DNA from: Candidatus Omnitrophota bacterium
GTDB lineage: Bacteria > Omnitrophota > Gorgyraeia > Tantalellales > Tantalellaceae
DNA length: 64,000 bases
Direction of reading: 5' to 3'
NCBI GenBank assembly: GCA_015231405.1
Contig: JADGBR010000001.1
Span: forward strand, 283,964 to 347,963
Below the pieces are notes generated by a model that saw nothing but the letters and a program-made list of their open reading frames with translations, made no database searches and was not told the origin of the DNA. Positions 49,827-59,853 of this stretch are shown one piece after another. The stretch's first letter is position 1. Each line of letters begins with the position of its first letter. Made by a program: the position numbers and the translations under genes.

Positions 49827-50357
49827 ATGGTATTTGGTTTCTTTTGGCTGGATATAGTATATTCAGTTATATTTATTTTTTTTGTTTTCAGAGGCTCGCA
49901 AAGGGGCGTTGGTAACCAGATGATCTCGATCATCTGGCTCGTACCTTTGATCGTTTTGCCTTTGGGTTATTACAGACACATAAGCGATAAGCTGTTCGGT
50001 TTTCTTGATAAGGATTGGTCAAGGCCTTTATCTTTTCTACTCATATGCGCCGCGCTGTTCCTGGCGTTGAAATTGATCCCGACTCCCGGAAAAACATCCG
50101 TAGCGGAGGAGTTCTCATTTATCGAGAGGTCATGCGGCGCGTTAGCGGGCGCCATCAAGGCACTGGTCATTCTTGGGTTAATAGGGATACAGCTTTTACT
50201 GCTTCCTTTTCACGAGCTTCATGATTCCGTGAGTAAAGAGGCAAAAGCGCCTATGTATCTTGTAAAGATGGACGCGAATATTTACAGCTGGATGACGTAT
50301 CATACTGATTTCATGAAAAACGAGAAGGGGTCCAAAATAGTAGAAGATATCTCATGA
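49827..50357 (+). CDS. CvpA (colicin V production)-like membrane protein
   Basis: WLDI...RGSQRG, IERSCGALAGAIK; about 4 TMs. Confidence 0.75.
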   Translation: MVFGFFWLDIVYSVIFIFFVFRGSQRGVGNQMISIIWLVPLIVLPLGYYRHISDKLFGFLDKDWSRPLSFLLICAALFLALKLIPTPGKTSVAEEFSFIERSCGALAGAIKALVILGLIGIQLLLLPFHELHDSVSKEAKAPMYLVKMDANIYSWMTYHTDFMKNEKGSKIVEDIS

Positions 50358-50394
50358 GGCGGTGAGCCCCGCGTCATGTAAAAGAGGTCGAAAA

Positions 50395-51351
50395 TTGAAA
50401 GTTATCGATATTTATAGGAGAGCGGTAAAGAAAGGCATAAAAGAAGATCCCCGCTCACCCGGAGAGATCAACGAATTTCTGGGTAAATACCGAAAAGAAT
50501 ACCGGTTATCGAGAGGTATGTTCAAAGATTGTTTTGACAATGAGTCGCTGTTAAATCCATATGCGGATACCAGGATACTTTTCGGTAATGGCAGCGAAAT
50601 AGTCCGGACTGTTATGGTTGGGATCGACATCGACGTGCCGGAGTTACTTCTCGCGGACAGGCTTCGCGAAAAGGGGACCCGGATCGATCTTGTCATATCG
50701 CATCATCCAAGCGGAAAAGCCCTGGCAAGGCTTGATCAGGTAATGCCGATCCAGCCGGGGATATGGGAAGATTTCGGTTTCAGAAAGGAAGTGGCCAAGG
50801 GCATCATGAGTAAGCGTATTAATGAGGTGCAGAGGGGATTGTCGGGTGGAAATCACTCAAGGGCCGGGGATGCCGCGCGGCTTTTGGGTATACCATTCAT
50901 GTGCGTGCATACACCTGCGGATAATTGCGTGCATTCATATCTTCAGTCACTGTTCGATAAAAAGGCGCCCGTTAGACTGCAGAACGTCATCGATCTGCTT
51001 ATGGGTATACCTGAGTATAAACACGCGATATGCGCTACCGGAATAGCCCCGGGTATTCTCATAGGAGGGGCCAAGGATAAAGCGGGTAAGATCCTGGTCG
51101 ACATGACCGGAGGCGCCCAAGGACCTGACAGTATTTATTCCAGACTATCCCAGGCGGGTGTCGGAACGATTGTTGGCATGCATCTTAAGGAATCGGGCTA
51201 TAAAGCGGCCTCTTCGGAATTCATAAATTACGTCGTTGCGGGGCATATTTCCAGCGACAACCTGGGGATGAACCTGCTCTTCGACGAAATTGACGGTAAG
51301 CGGGAATTACAGTTCATCGAGTGCTCCGGATTCAAGCGTTTTAAAAGGTAA
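50395..51351 (+). CDS. NIF3-like protein
   Basis: NPYADTRIL, VGIDI, ISHHP, HTPADN, VGMH, AGHISSDNLG. TTG start behind AGAGG; GTG 50362 is the alternative. Confidence 0.8.
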   Translation: MKVIDIYRRAVKKGIKEDPRSPGEINEFLGKYRKEYRLSRGMFKDCFDNESLLNPYADTRILFGNGSEIVRTVMVGIDIDVPELLLADRLREKGTRIDLVISHHPSGKALARLDQVMPIQPGIWEDFGFRKEVAKGIMSKRINEVQRGLSGGNHSRAGDAARLLGIPFMCVHTPADNCVHSYLQSLFDKKAPVRLQNVIDLLMGIPEYKHAICATGIAPGILIGGAKDKAGKILVDMTGGAQGPDSIYSRLSQAGVGTIVGMHLKESGYKAASSEFINYVVAGHISSDNLGMNLLFDEIDGKRELQFIECSGFKRFKR

Positions 51352-51354
51352 TAT

Positions 51355-53133
51355 ATGGGCCTTATCCCTCAAAATACGATAGATCAGATACTTGACAGGC
51401 TGGACATAGTCGAAGTTATATCCGGTTATATCAGCTTGAAAAAGAACGGGCGGAATTATAAGTCAAATTGTCCGTTCCACAACGAGAAAACGCCTTCATT
51501 CGTTGTTTCAGAGGATAAACAGATCTACCACTGTTTCGGCTGCAGCGCCAGCGGGAACGCGATAGGTTTTGTAATGCAGTATGAGAAAATGACTTTCCCT
51601 GAAGCCGTCCGGGCGCTTGGCGAGAAAACCGGCATAGAAATCCCAGGATCGAACTTTGAAGGCAATTCCGGCGATTCTCCGGTACTTAAGTTATATGAAG
51701 TAAACCAAATTGCCGCTCAGTTCTATCATAACGAGCTTTCCCGCCCTGAAAACCGGAATGTGCTTGAATATCTGCATTCCAGGGGGATACAGAACGCTAC
51801 TATCCGGGAATTCATGATAGGGTTCGCCCCGGATTCATGGGACAGCCTTATTAAACACTCTCATGCGAAGAAGGTAGACGGCGAACTTTTGCGTAAAGCC
51901 GGATTGACCGTCGAAAGCACGAAAGGAAAAAACGATTATGACAGGTTCAGGAACAGGATAACCTTTCCCGTTCTGAACGAGAGGGGCAACGTTATCGCAT
52001 TCGGGGCGAGAGTTCTTGACAAGTCCCTGCCAAAATATTTAAATACCCCGGAAACGCCGATATACACAAAGGGAAAAACCTTGTACGGTCTTAATCTTTC
52101 GAAAGACCATATAAGAGAGAAAAAGTACGTTATCATCGTCGAAGGGTATCTTGACGTTATTATACCTTTTCAGAATGGGATAAAGAACGTCGTAGCCGCC
52201 TCAGGTACAGCGTTGACCGAGAAACAGGTGAAAACAATCAAAAAATACGCTGATACCGCGGTCATTGTATTCGATTCAGATCAGGCAGGGATCATGGCGA
52301 GCCTCAGGGGCCTTGATATCGTTACTGCCGAGGACGTTGTCCTCAAGGTGGCAACTTTGCCTCAAGGCGACGACCCCGATACTTTTGTAAGGGCAAAAGG
52401 GCCGGAGGCCTTCAGGGAAATATTGGAAAAAGCCCCGGATGTTTTCGATTACAAGTTCGATTTTCTCAGGCGCCAGAACCCCGGAAGTTCTCTGACCGAT
52501 AAAGTGAGAATAGTCAAGGAAATGCTGCCAACTCTGGCCAGGATAAACAATGAAGTGATAAGATCGGAGTATCTGAAAAAACTTTCGGAAAGGTTATCCA
52601 TCGACCAGTCCTCGTTAAAACAGGAGCTGGATAAGCTTAAACCGGATATAGCGTACAAGGAAACCGAGGTCCAGGTCATACGCCCAAGGACCATTGTAAC
52701 TGATACGCGGGAACTTTTTCTCCTCGGTTTCGCGATCTCGGCTAAACGATTTCACCTGGCCATTGAAAAAGAGGTAGGTATCGGGGACTTTACAAATGCC
52801 GATGTAAAAAAACTGCTTGAGTCGCTATCCGAAATTTACGTAAAAGAAGAGAGCGTCGGACCGGCGAAATTTCTTGCGAGGATCGAGAACGATGATGCTT
52901 TGATACAGCTGGCCGTAAAGGCACTTGAAAAGGTAGACGTAATACCCGATAAAGAAAAGGATAAGGCCTTGTCCGAATGTATCAGATCGATGAAAAAAGG
53001 CGCGCAAGCCGAGGAGTTGAAGGAGCTTAACGCACGGCTCAGGGAAGCTCAAAGCAGGAGCGACCACGGGGCCGTAAGCACCATACTTGTAAGGCTCGAT
53101 ACAATACACCGGGAGAGGGTATCTAATACGTAA
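51355..53133 (+). CDS. dnaG: DNA primase
   Basis: [44 protein letters not shown] and FDSD. Confidence 0.97.
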   Translation: MGLIPQNTIDQILDRLDIVEVISGYISLKKNGRNYKSNCPFHNEKTPSFVVSEDKQIYHCFGCSASGNAIGFVMQYEKMTFPEAVRALGEKTGIEIPGSNFEGNSGDSPVLKLYEVNQIAAQFYHNELSRPENRNVLEYLHSRGIQNATIREFMIGFAPDSWDSLIKHSHAKKVDGELLRKAGLTVESTKGKNDYDRFRNRITFPVLNERGNVIAFGARVLDKSLPKYLNTPETPIYTKGKTLYGLNLSKDHIREKKYVIIVEGYLDVIIPFQNGIKNVVAASGTALTEKQVKTIKKYADTAVIVFDSDQAGIMASLRGLDIVTAEDVVLKVATLPQGDDPDTFVRAKGPEAFREILEKAPDVFDYKFDFLRRQNPGSSLTDKVRIVKEMLPTLARINNEVIRSEYLKKLSERLSIDQSSLKQELDKLKPDIAYKETEVQVIRPRTIVTDTRELFLLGFAISAKRFHLAIEKEVGIGDFTNADVKKLLESLSEIYVKEESVGPAKFLARIENDDALIQLAVKALEKVDVIPDKEKDKALSECIRSMKKGAQAEELKELNARLREAQSRSDHGAVSTILVRLDTIHRERVSNT

Positions 53134-53164
53134 TGCCCGGGTTTTTAAATTTACCACAAAAAAG

Positions 53165-54775
53165 GTGAGGGATATGCCGAGAAAATCAAAAAGCGCCGGT
53201 AACGATGAGTTCAGCGACGACATGGAGCAGGAAAGCGAGCTTCCGAAAAAATCAAAGAATACGCTTGTGCGCGAACTTATTAAAGCCGGCAAGGACAAAG
53301 GCTTCCTCAGCTACGAGGAAGTCAATAATATATTGCCGGACGAGCTCGTCTCAGCCGAAGAGATAGACGACGTCATAATGACGCTTGAGGACGAGGATAT
53401 CAAGGTCGTTTCATCGGAAGAGGAGATAGACAGGGTACCCTTCGTCGTGAAGGAAAAGCAGAAACCCACCGAGTCCAGGAAGTTCGTCCAGATCGACGAC
53501 CCGGTAAAAATGTATCTGAAGCAGATGGGTCAGATATCTCTTCTTTCCAGGAAAGAAGAGCTGGACCTCGCGAAAAGGATCAAAAGCAATGAGAAAGAAG
53601 TTAAGAATATAGTCTTTTCCGTGAACGTCGGTACGGAAAGGGTGCTTGAACAGGTGCTGGAGGCGCTGGACAACCAGTATAACATCGACGAGTACCTTGA
53701 CGTTCTTCCGGGAGCCAATCTCGAGAGGCTGGAAAAAAAATTCAGGGAGCTGATAAAGAGGATCAAACTCTCAAAGAAAAAACCCGTTATCCTTGAGCTT
53801 ATGCATAAGCTCAACGTCGCGATCTCTCTTACGGAAAAAGTCGCCCAGGAGATACTTGGGCCTATGGAAGAGGTAAAACGGCTATATCAAAGGTTCACTA
53901 AACTCAAAAAGACCAGGGCCAAAAAGGAAATGGCCGAAGTGCAGAAGGCTTTACGCAATGAGACAAGAAAACTAGGCGTCTCAGCCGAGCAGGTCGCCCA
54001 GGACGTTGACGCCATAAGGCAGATACAGGCTGAGTATACTAAAGCGAAAAAAGAGCTCGTAGCGGCTAATTTACGGCTTGTTGTGAGTATCGCAAAAAAA
54101 TATACCAATAGGGGACTTTCCTTCCTGGACCTTATACAGGAAGGGAACATGGGCCTCATGAAGGCCGTCGATAAATTTGAATACGAAAGAGGTTATAAAT
54201 TCAGCACTTACGCGACATGGTGGATACGTCAGGCTATAACCAGGTCGATCGCAGACCAGTCAAGGACAATAAGGATACCGGTCCACATGACCGAAACGAT
54301 AAACAAGCTTGTGAGGGTCACAAGGTCTCTTGTCCAGAAGAACGGAAGAGAACCAACCCCGGAAGAGATCGGCCATGAGATGGAACTCCCCGTGGAAAAA
54401 GTTAGGGGCATAATTAAGATAGCCCAGCACCCCATATCCCTTGAGACGCCTATCGGAGACGAAGGCGATACGAATTTCGGGGACTTCATTGAGGATAAGT
54501 CCGCTGTTTCGCCGGCAACGGCCACCGCGTACGCCATGCTTAAAGAACAGATGGATGACGTCCTTGAGACGCTCACAGAGCGTGAAAGGAAAGTCCTGGT
54601 CCTTCGTTTCGGGATCGGTGACGGATGTCCCAGGACGCTCGAGGAGGTCGGCAAGATCTTCAATGTAACGAGGGAAAGGGTGCGACAGATCGAGGCTAAA
54701 GCGCTAAAAAAACTGAGGCATCCGATAAGGGCGAAAAAACTGAAGAATTTTCTCGATCTGGGATACTCGGATTGA
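53165..54775 (+). CDS. rpoD: RNA polymerase primary sigma factor
   Basis: Region 1.1, [50 protein letters not shown]. Start GTG 53165 or ATG 53174. Confidence 0.97.
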   Translation: MRDMPRKSKSAGNDEFSDDMEQESELPKKSKNTLVRELIKAGKDKGFLSYEEVNNILPDELVSAEEIDDVIMTLEDEDIKVVSSEEEIDRVPFVVKEKQKPTESRKFVQIDDPVKMYLKQMGQISLLSRKEELDLAKRIKSNEKEVKNIVFSVNVGTERVLEQVLEALDNQYNIDEYLDVLPGANLERLEKKFRELIKRIKLSKKKPVILELMHKLNVAISLTEKVAQEILGPMEEVKRLYQRFTKLKKTRAKKEMAEVQKALRNETRKLGVSAEQVAQDVDAIRQIQAEYTKAKKELVAANLRLVVSIAKKYTNRGLSFLDLIQEGNMGLMKAVDKFEYERGYKFSTYATWWIRQAITRSIADQSRTIRIPVHMTETINKLVRVTRSLVQKNGREPTPEEIGHEMELPVEKVRGIIKIAQHPISLETPIGDEGDTNFGDFIEDKSAVSPATATAYAMLKEQMDDVLETLTERERKVLVLRFGIGDGCPRTLEEVGKIFNVTRERVRQIEAKALKKLRHPIRAKKLKNFLDLGYSD

Positions 54776-54798
54776 TCTCTTAAAAGGGACCATCGTTA

Positions 54799-55191
54799 AT
54801 GTCTACAAGAAAGATCACATCTTTAAAAGCGCCTATACCTGTAGGTCCTTATTCTCAGGCCGTCGAAGTAGGTGGTTTTCTGTTCGTTTCAGGCCAGATC
54901 CCCATCGATCCGGCATCGGGTGAAATAGCTGGAACCGGGGGGATAAAAGACGATACGCGTATCGTCCTGGGACATATCGTCAATATCCTGGCTGAGATCG
55001 GTCTCGAATTGTCAGATATCGTTAAGGTTGAGGTGTTTCTAAAGGATCTTGGAGATCTTAAGGATATGAACGAAGTGTACTCCATTTTTTTTCATGGTGA
55101 AATACAGCCTGCACGAGTCGTTATTGAGGCCGCAAAATTGCCGAAGAACGCCAGGATCGAGATGTCATGTATCGCGGTGAAGAGAGCGTAG
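54799..55191 (+). CDS. ridA: RidA/YjgF family enamine deaminase
   Basis: APIPVGPYSQA, FVSGQIP, MNEVY, PAR, IEM. Confidence 0.9.
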   Translation: MSTRKITSLKAPIPVGPYSQAVEVGGFLFVSGQIPIDPASGEIAGTGGIKDDTRIVLGHIVNILAEIGLELSDIVKVEVFLKDLGDLKDMNEVYSIFFHGEIQPARVVIEAAKLPKNARIEMSCIAVKRA

Positions 55192-55208
55192 GTCGAAACT
55201 GTTGACCG

Positions 55209-55232
55209 AAGACCGTCGATCACGGTCTTTTT
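55209..55232 (+). terminator. Possible intrinsic terminator
   Basis: AAGACCGT-CGATC-ACGGTCTT followed by TTT. Confidence 0.5.
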
Positions 55233-55266
55233 CGATAAAAAGGAAAATAGTTTTGGATGTTGATGA

Positions 55267-56004
55267 ATGAAGATTGGCAGGTTTAGTCATAGAGGGGAGA
55301 TCTATACCGGTATTGTTGAAGGTGGATCGATATCGGTTAACGGCCAAAAAAACAGGACATACGATATCGGGGATATAAAGCTCCTTTCTCCGGTCCTTCC
55401 TTCAAAGATAATCTGCGTGGGACTTAATTATAAAGACCACGCGTCGGAACTTGGCATGAATATTCCCGAAGAACCGGTAATATTCATGAAACCATCCACG
55501 GCTCTCATAGGCCCTAATGACTGTATTGTAAGGCCCGGGAAAGGGATAAGGGTCGATCATGAGGCTGAGCTTGCCATTGTCGTAGGAAAACCCGCAAAAA
55601 ACATAGAACCCGAGGACGCATCAGGGCATATCCTTGGCTACACCTGTTTGAATGATATTACAGCGCGCGACATACAGAAAAAGGACGGACAGTGGACAAG
55701 GTGTAAATCTTTCGATACATTCTGCCCGGTCGGACCATGGGTTGAAACAGAGATAGATATCTCCGACCTTCGTGTGCGCGCTTTAGTTAACGGGGTAATA
55801 AAGCAGGATTCTTCTACGCGGGAACTGATATTCGGGATAGATTATATCGTGAGTTTCATCTCGAAGATAATGACGCTCTTACCGGGGGACATAATAGCTA
55901 CGGGAACTCCTCCAGGCGTAGGGCCGTTATCCGACGGCGATGTGGTTGCAGTCGAGATCGACGGGATAGGAAAATTAACGAATTATTTTAAAGGGATGGA
56001 ATGA
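55267..56004 (+). CDS. Fumarylacetoacetate hydrolase family protein
   Basis: KIICVGLNY, FMKP, HEAEL, NDITARD, KSFDTFCP, TGTP. Confidence 0.93.
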   Translation: MKIGRFSHRGEIYTGIVEGGSISVNGQKNRTYDIGDIKLLSPVLPSKIICVGLNYKDHASELGMNIPEEPVIFMKPSTALIGPNDCIVRPGKGIRVDHEAELAIVVGKPAKNIEPEDASGHILGYTCLNDITARDIQKKDGQWTRCKSFDTFCPVGPWVETEIDISDLRVRALVNGVIKQDSSTRELIFGIDYIVSFISKIMTLLPGDIIATGTPPGVGPLSDGDVVAVEIDGIGKLTNYFKGME

Positions 56005-56447
56005 AAGCTGTCATACAGAGAGTCAGAAGCGCCAGTGTTACCATTAACGGCGATATATCTAGAGAGATCGGCAAAGGCATGGTAATTCTAGCCGGCATTC
56101 AAAAAGGGGATACGGAGGCCGACGTTATAAAAACGGCCGTGAAAATAACAAAACTCCGGTTATTCGAGGATGATCAAGGCAAAATGAACCTCGATATAAA
56201 TGCCGCGGGCGGGGAGATATTGAGCGTATCGCAGTTCACCCTGCTTGGGGATCTCAGTTCCGGCAATAGGCCGGGATTTGACGACGCTGAAGTCCCGCAA
56301 AAGGCAAAAATATTATGGGAATTGTTCAATTGTGCTATAATCAAACAAGGTATATCGGTGAAAATCGGTGATTTTGGCGCCATAATGTTGGTAAAAATAT
56401 TCAATGACGGCCCGGTCACTTTCGTTTTGGACTCAAAATATTCCTAG
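56001..56447 (+). CDS. dtd: D-aminoacyl-tRNA deacylase
   Basis: MKAVIQRV, SVSQFTL, GNRPGF, NDGPVT. Confidence 0.95.
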   Translation: MKAVIQRVRSASVTINGDISREIGKGMVILAGIQKGDTEADVIKTAVKITKLRLFEDDQGKMNLDINAAGGEILSVSQFTLLGDLSSGNRPGFDDAEVPQKAKILWELFNCAIIKQGISVKIGDFGAIMLVKIFNDGPVTFVLDSKYS

Positions 56448-56461
56448 GGGAAGCGTTCATT

Positions 56462-56554
56462 ATGGGAAAGATCAAAGTTGAAATACCGGATAATGTTAAA
56501 CTTGAAGCATAGAATGTTAAAAACTGGCCCATATGGGAAAAGGAAGAAAATATT
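56462..56554 (+). pseudogene. Remnant of a DUF861/Cupin_3-like gene N-terminus with an internal TAG
   Basis: MGKIKVEIPDNVKLEA*NVKNWPIWEKE resembles the IKVE..P....L..LGV..WPIWEKE start of that family. In frame with the ORF at 56555. Confidence 0.6.
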
Positions 56555-57034
56555 ATGATAAAAGTTAAACATCTAATACTGACACTAATGATCGTATCCG
56601 GAATTTTTATTTTTGGTGCTAACCCGGCTCTTTCTGCTGACGGTCCTATGGGAATAGGGATACCTCTTTCGGGTGGATCCGAAGAGCCTAATTATGATCT
56701 TTGTCAGCAGGGCGTGCAGGTTGTGACGGATTTTATTAAGTTGTGGGAGACAGGGCGCTTCGAAAAAATGTATGAGCTGATAGATGATCCTTCTAAGGAC
56801 GGATATCCGCTTGAAGACGCGGTTTTTGATCTGCGGCTCCTGACATACAAGGATTATCAAATAAGCCGGATATCTGAACTTGAGAACGGTAATTTCGAGT
56901 TCCTTTTGAGTTACGGCGACTGGAAAGGCGGCGATAAAGATCTGAAGAAAATGATAATAAGCGGTAAAACATTCAAGATAATCATGCCTGCAAAAAATAC
57001 ATTTTTTAAGGTTTCGCAGGCCGATTATTTCTAG
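56555..57034 (+). CDS. Hypothetical exported protein (possibly NTF2-like)
   Basis: Signal peptide ending ALSA; FIKLWETGRFEKMYELI helix pattern. Confidence 0.65.
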   Translation: MIKVKHLILTLMIVSGIFIFGANPALSADGPMGIGIPLSGGSEEPNYDLCQQGVQVVTDFIKLWETGRFEKMYELIDDPSKDGYPLEDAVFDLRLLTYKDYQISRISELENGNFEFLLSYGDWKGGDKDLKKMIISGKTFKIIMPAKNTFFKVSQADYF

Positions 57035-57203
57035 ACAATAAATCAATGGGAATGCCTGTTCTATAGCCCGGCGTCATCCACGCAGAAATATTCACATTTC
57101 CCCATCACCCCAAGGATCGTAGCATGATCCTTTTTCGATCCAAGCTTCGGGGGGATGACTTCAAACATTAAAAGCGTATAGGAAACAAAAGATGTTTTTT
57201 TAT

Positions 57204-57232
57204 TTGACAAGTATTAATACTTGTTGTATACT
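57204..57232 (+). promoter_or_regulatory. Near-consensus promoter with a perfect 18-bp palindromic operator
   Basis: TTGACA-17 bp-TATACT; ACAAGTATTAATACTTGT at 57207-57224. Confidence 0.8.
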
Positions 57233-57252
57233 TGTTATAAAAGGAGGTCATC

Positions 57253-57426
57253 ATGCCATGGACAAATAAATTCAGGTTCTTCGCTACTGTTTCGGACAGG
57301 GGGCAGATATTCATACCCAAAGCTTTGCAGAATTATTTCAGGATAAATTCAAGGGATAAAGTCGCTTTCGAGGTGGAAGACGACGGTAAAGTTGTGTTCC
57401 GCAAACAGAAAGGAGCAGATCAATGA
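57253..57426 (+). CDS. AbrB/MazE/SpoVT-family DNA-binding protein (57 aa, not in the ORF track)
   Basis: ATVSDRGQIFIPKALQNYFRINSRDKVAFEVEDDGKVVFRK. AAGGAGG SD. Confidence 0.85.
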   Translation: MPWTNKFRFFATVSDRGQIFIPKALQNYFRINSRDKVAFEVEDDGKVVFRKQKGADQ

Positions 57427-57611
57427 CAGAAAAAAAACATCTCCATGAGTGCGATCTTGCCGGCTCGTTGTACGATAAACGTATAACGAAGATGAGCGGC
57501 ACACTGCTACCCGGGACCAAGGACAGGGAAAAAGACATGAGGAAAGTCTATAATAAGTTCTACAAGGACCAGATCGACGCGATCTATAAGAGCATCCATA
57601 ACGGCAAATAG
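57423..57611 (+). CDS. Hypothetical 62-aa protein coupled to the AbrB-type gene
   Basis: ATGA overlap and AAGGAG SD. No recognised family. Confidence 0.65.
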   Translation: MTEKKHLHECDLAGSLYDKRITKMSGTLLPGTKDREKDMRKVYNKFYKDQIDAIYKSIHNGK

Positions 57612-57664
57612 GCGGATATTCGGTTGAGAAGTGTTATGACAATATGACAGGCCCTGTACTATCC

Positions 57665-57689
57665 CATAGGCCATGGCCTATGTTCTTTT
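57665..57689 (+). terminator. Terminator-like palindrome after the AbrB module
   Basis: CATAGGCCATGGCCTATG followed by TTCTTTT. Confidence 0.55.
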
Positions 57690-57782
57690 CGCAATTAGTG
57701 TTTTTTGATTGATAAAACCTGCCGTAATTAGTATCCTAATAGCGTTATTTCATAATAATATTACCATTTAAGGGGGGGTAAA

Positions 57783-58997
57783 ATGGCTACGATCAAAAAT
57801 ATCGGTATTATCACTTCTGGCGGTGACTGCGGCGGGCTCAACGGTGTAGTAAAAGGTGCTTCTCTTATGGCAGTAAGCGAAGGCATGAAATGTTTTGTTA
57901 TTCCAAACGGATACGCCGGGCTATATAACCTGATAGATTTCGACAAGATAACCGAATTGACAATATCCAGGTCCGAAATGATAAACGCGAACCTGTCTGG
58001 GTCAGAAGCAGGACACTCCCGCGTCAAGGTCAAGAAAATCAAGGATGACAATAAATATAACCGGATCAAGGACGGGCTCAAGAAATTCTCCATCGATGCG
58101 TTGATAATCAGCGGCGGCGATGATACCGGTAGCGTAGTGGTCGACCTTTCTAAGGAAGGGATACCCTGCGTGCATGTTCCCAAAACCATGGACCTCGATC
58201 TCCAGACTTATTCTGTCGGAGGCGACTCTACGATTAACAGGATATCCGAGTATTGCAACGATCTGAAAACAACGGGAAGGACACATAACAGGATCATAGT
58301 CGTTGAGGTATTCGGCCGATACGCGGGTCATACCGCTTTCAGGGGCGGAATAGCCGCAGACGCCGACGCAATACTTATCCCTGAGATACCCGTGGATCTT
58401 AACGTTCTATACAGGCATATCAAGAACACATTTACGCTTCGTATCAGGGAAAGCGATGTTTATGCCGGAACTTACCTTATCGTCGTAGCGGAAGGCTTAA
58501 AGGACGCTTCAGGCAAGGAACTCGTCGACGAGAGCGCAGGGATCGACTCCTTCGGCCATAAGAAGCTCGCCGGTGCCGGGAAATATGTCTGCCAGCAGAT
58601 ATCAAAGATCATGAAGGGCGACCCTGACATAAAGCAGTTCATGAAAGATACCCATATGTTCGTCGAAGGCCTTTATGAGATCCCTGAGGCAAGGGACGTC
58701 ACGCCCGGTCACCTTGTCAGGGCAGGGAATAGCAGCGCTTATGACGTTAATTTCGGGCTTGAGGGCGGCGCGGCCGCGGTACAGCTCCTCAAGAACGGGA
58801 TCATCGGTAAAACTGTGGTCGGAATGATGGGCAATAAGGTCCGTTATATGGATACGGAAAAGGCCATACAGCAGAGGCATGTTGACCCGGCCATTGTCGC
58901 ACTTCATGAGAAACTGAACGTTTGTTTTGGCCGTGAGATCCCGGCATATTCGCCGGAATTCATACACGTTCAAACACAACCGGAACGATATCTCTGA
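57783..58997 (+). CDS. Phosphofructokinase, probably pyrophosphate-dependent
   Basis: TSGGDCGGLN, SGGDDT, VPKTMD, VEVFGRYAG, VVAEG. Confidence 0.88.
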   Translation: MATIKNIGIITSGGDCGGLNGVVKGASLMAVSEGMKCFVIPNGYAGLYNLIDFDKITELTISRSEMINANLSGSEAGHSRVKVKKIKDDNKYNRIKDGLKKFSIDALIISGGDDTGSVVVDLSKEGIPCVHVPKTMDLDLQTYSVGGDSTINRISEYCNDLKTTGRTHNRIIVVEVFGRYAGHTAFRGGIAADADAILIPEIPVDLNVLYRHIKNTFTLRIRESDVYAGTYLIVVAEGLKDASGKELVDESAGIDSFGHKKLAGAGKYVCQQISKIMKGDPDIKQFMKDTHMFVEGLYEIPEARDVTPGHLVRAGNSSAYDVNFGLEGGAAAVQLLKNGIIGKTVVGMMGNKVRYMDTEKAIQQRHVDPAIVALHEKLNVCFGREIPAYSPEFIHVQTQPERYL

Positions 58998-59431
58998 TGC
59001 GATCCGCTCTCGTGAGGAGAGGAAGGTCCTATATCGTGAGGTTCGACCACGGAGAAGACCTTAATTCCGGGCTCAAAAAGTTCGTGTCTGAAAACTCGAT
59101 AAAAACAGCGACGGTAACTCTTTTAGGGGCGATCGAGAAAGGCGAGTTGGTCACAGGCCCCGAGAGACCCGTTCTACCCGCCGAACCCCACTGGGTCAGA
59201 TTCGAAAACGTATGGGAGTTGTTTGGCACGGGGATAATCACGTTTAAAGACGGGGAGGTCTCACTTCATATACATTCATCACTTGGTAAAGACTCGAAAA
59301 CTCTGGTTGGGTGCCTCAGAAAGGAAGCAATGGTATTTGTAACGGTAGAGGCCTTTATTCAGGAGATCATCACCGACGGTATGACACGTGAATTCGACGC
59401 CACGTCAGGTTGTTCACTGCTTTCATTATGA
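58997..59431 (+). CDS. PPC/DUF296 domain protein
   Basis: VRFDHGEDL, LGAI, ELFGTG, LHIHSSLG, VTVE. Confidence 0.85.
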   Translation: MRSALVRRGRSYIVRFDHGEDLNSGLKKFVSENSIKTATVTLLGAIEKGELVTGPERPVLPAEPHWVRFENVWELFGTGIITFKDGEVSLHIHSSLGKDSKTLVGCLRKEAMVFVTVEAFIQEIITDGMTREFDATSGCSLLSL

Positions 59432-59455
59432 TATCGACATTCAGGATATTTTGCC

Positions 59456-59485
59456 TTGTAAATGCTTTTAGCACTATGATATAAT
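59456..59485 (+). promoter_or_regulatory. Promoter for the tRNA pair
   Basis: TTGTAA-18 bp-TATAAT with TG extension. Confidence 0.55.
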
Positions 59486-59542
59486 TAGCGCTCGAATTCA
59501 TTGATGGTTGAACTCGGATTTTTTCGGGTAGAATTTTACGGT

Positions 59543-59619
59543 GGGGGCTTAGCTCAGTTGGTTAGAGCAACTGACTCATAATCAGTGGGTCCAAGGTTCA
59601 AGTCCTTGAGCCCCCACCA
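59543..59619 (+). tRNA. tRNA with CAT anticodon, most likely tRNA-Ile2 (lysidine); elongator Met not excluded
   Basis: GGGGGCT...AGCCCCCACCA, anticodon arm ACTGA-CT-CAT-AA-TCAGT. Paired 1:72 excludes initiator tRNA. Confidence 0.9.
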
Positions 59620-59646
59620 ATAAAAATTTGCGAGGCAAATTTTTAT
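59620..59646. other. 12-bp hairpin filling the inter-tRNA spacer
   Basis: ATAAAAATTTGC-GAG-GCAAATTTTTAT. Confidence 0.7.
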
Positions 59647-59648
59647 CG

Positions 59649-59725
59649 GGGCGCATAGCTCAGCTGGTTAGAGCGCATGCCTCACATGCATGAGGTCAGA
59701 GGTTCAAGTCCTCTTGCGCCCACCA
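59649..59725 (+). tRNA. tRNA-Val(CAC)
   Basis: GGGCGCA...TGCGCCCACCA, anticodon arm CATGC-CT-CAC-AT-GCATG. Confidence 0.95.
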
Positions 59726-59853
59726 GTAAATTTTACAAAGAAAAAAAATACATTGATTATGAACATCAAGAAGAAAACGATAATAAGGCACCAGAAGTTC
59801 AAACGCGCTCAAACGCTCCTGTGCTCTAAGGCTTAAACTGTAAAACGAGGCGT

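Noticed and set aside
33869-50365. Tiny bridging ORFs VRIS* (33869-33883) and MRR* (50354-50365)
   Set aside because: Three- or four-codon frames arise easily by chance in short gaps.
56510-56512. In-frame TAG as pyrrolysine or recoding
   Set aside because: TAG terminates many genes in this window, no pyl genes are visible, and a single TTG>TAG change explains it.
57073-57159. GTCATCC...GGATGAC-bounded nested stems as a REP-like element or ncRNA
   Set aside because: It is a single imperfect copy with no recognisable family motif. It needs a genome-wide search.
59759-59836. 25-aa basic ORF MNIKKKTIIRHQKFKRAQTLLCSKA after tRNA-Val
   Set aside because: It has no SD, no overlap coupling and no recognisable similarity.
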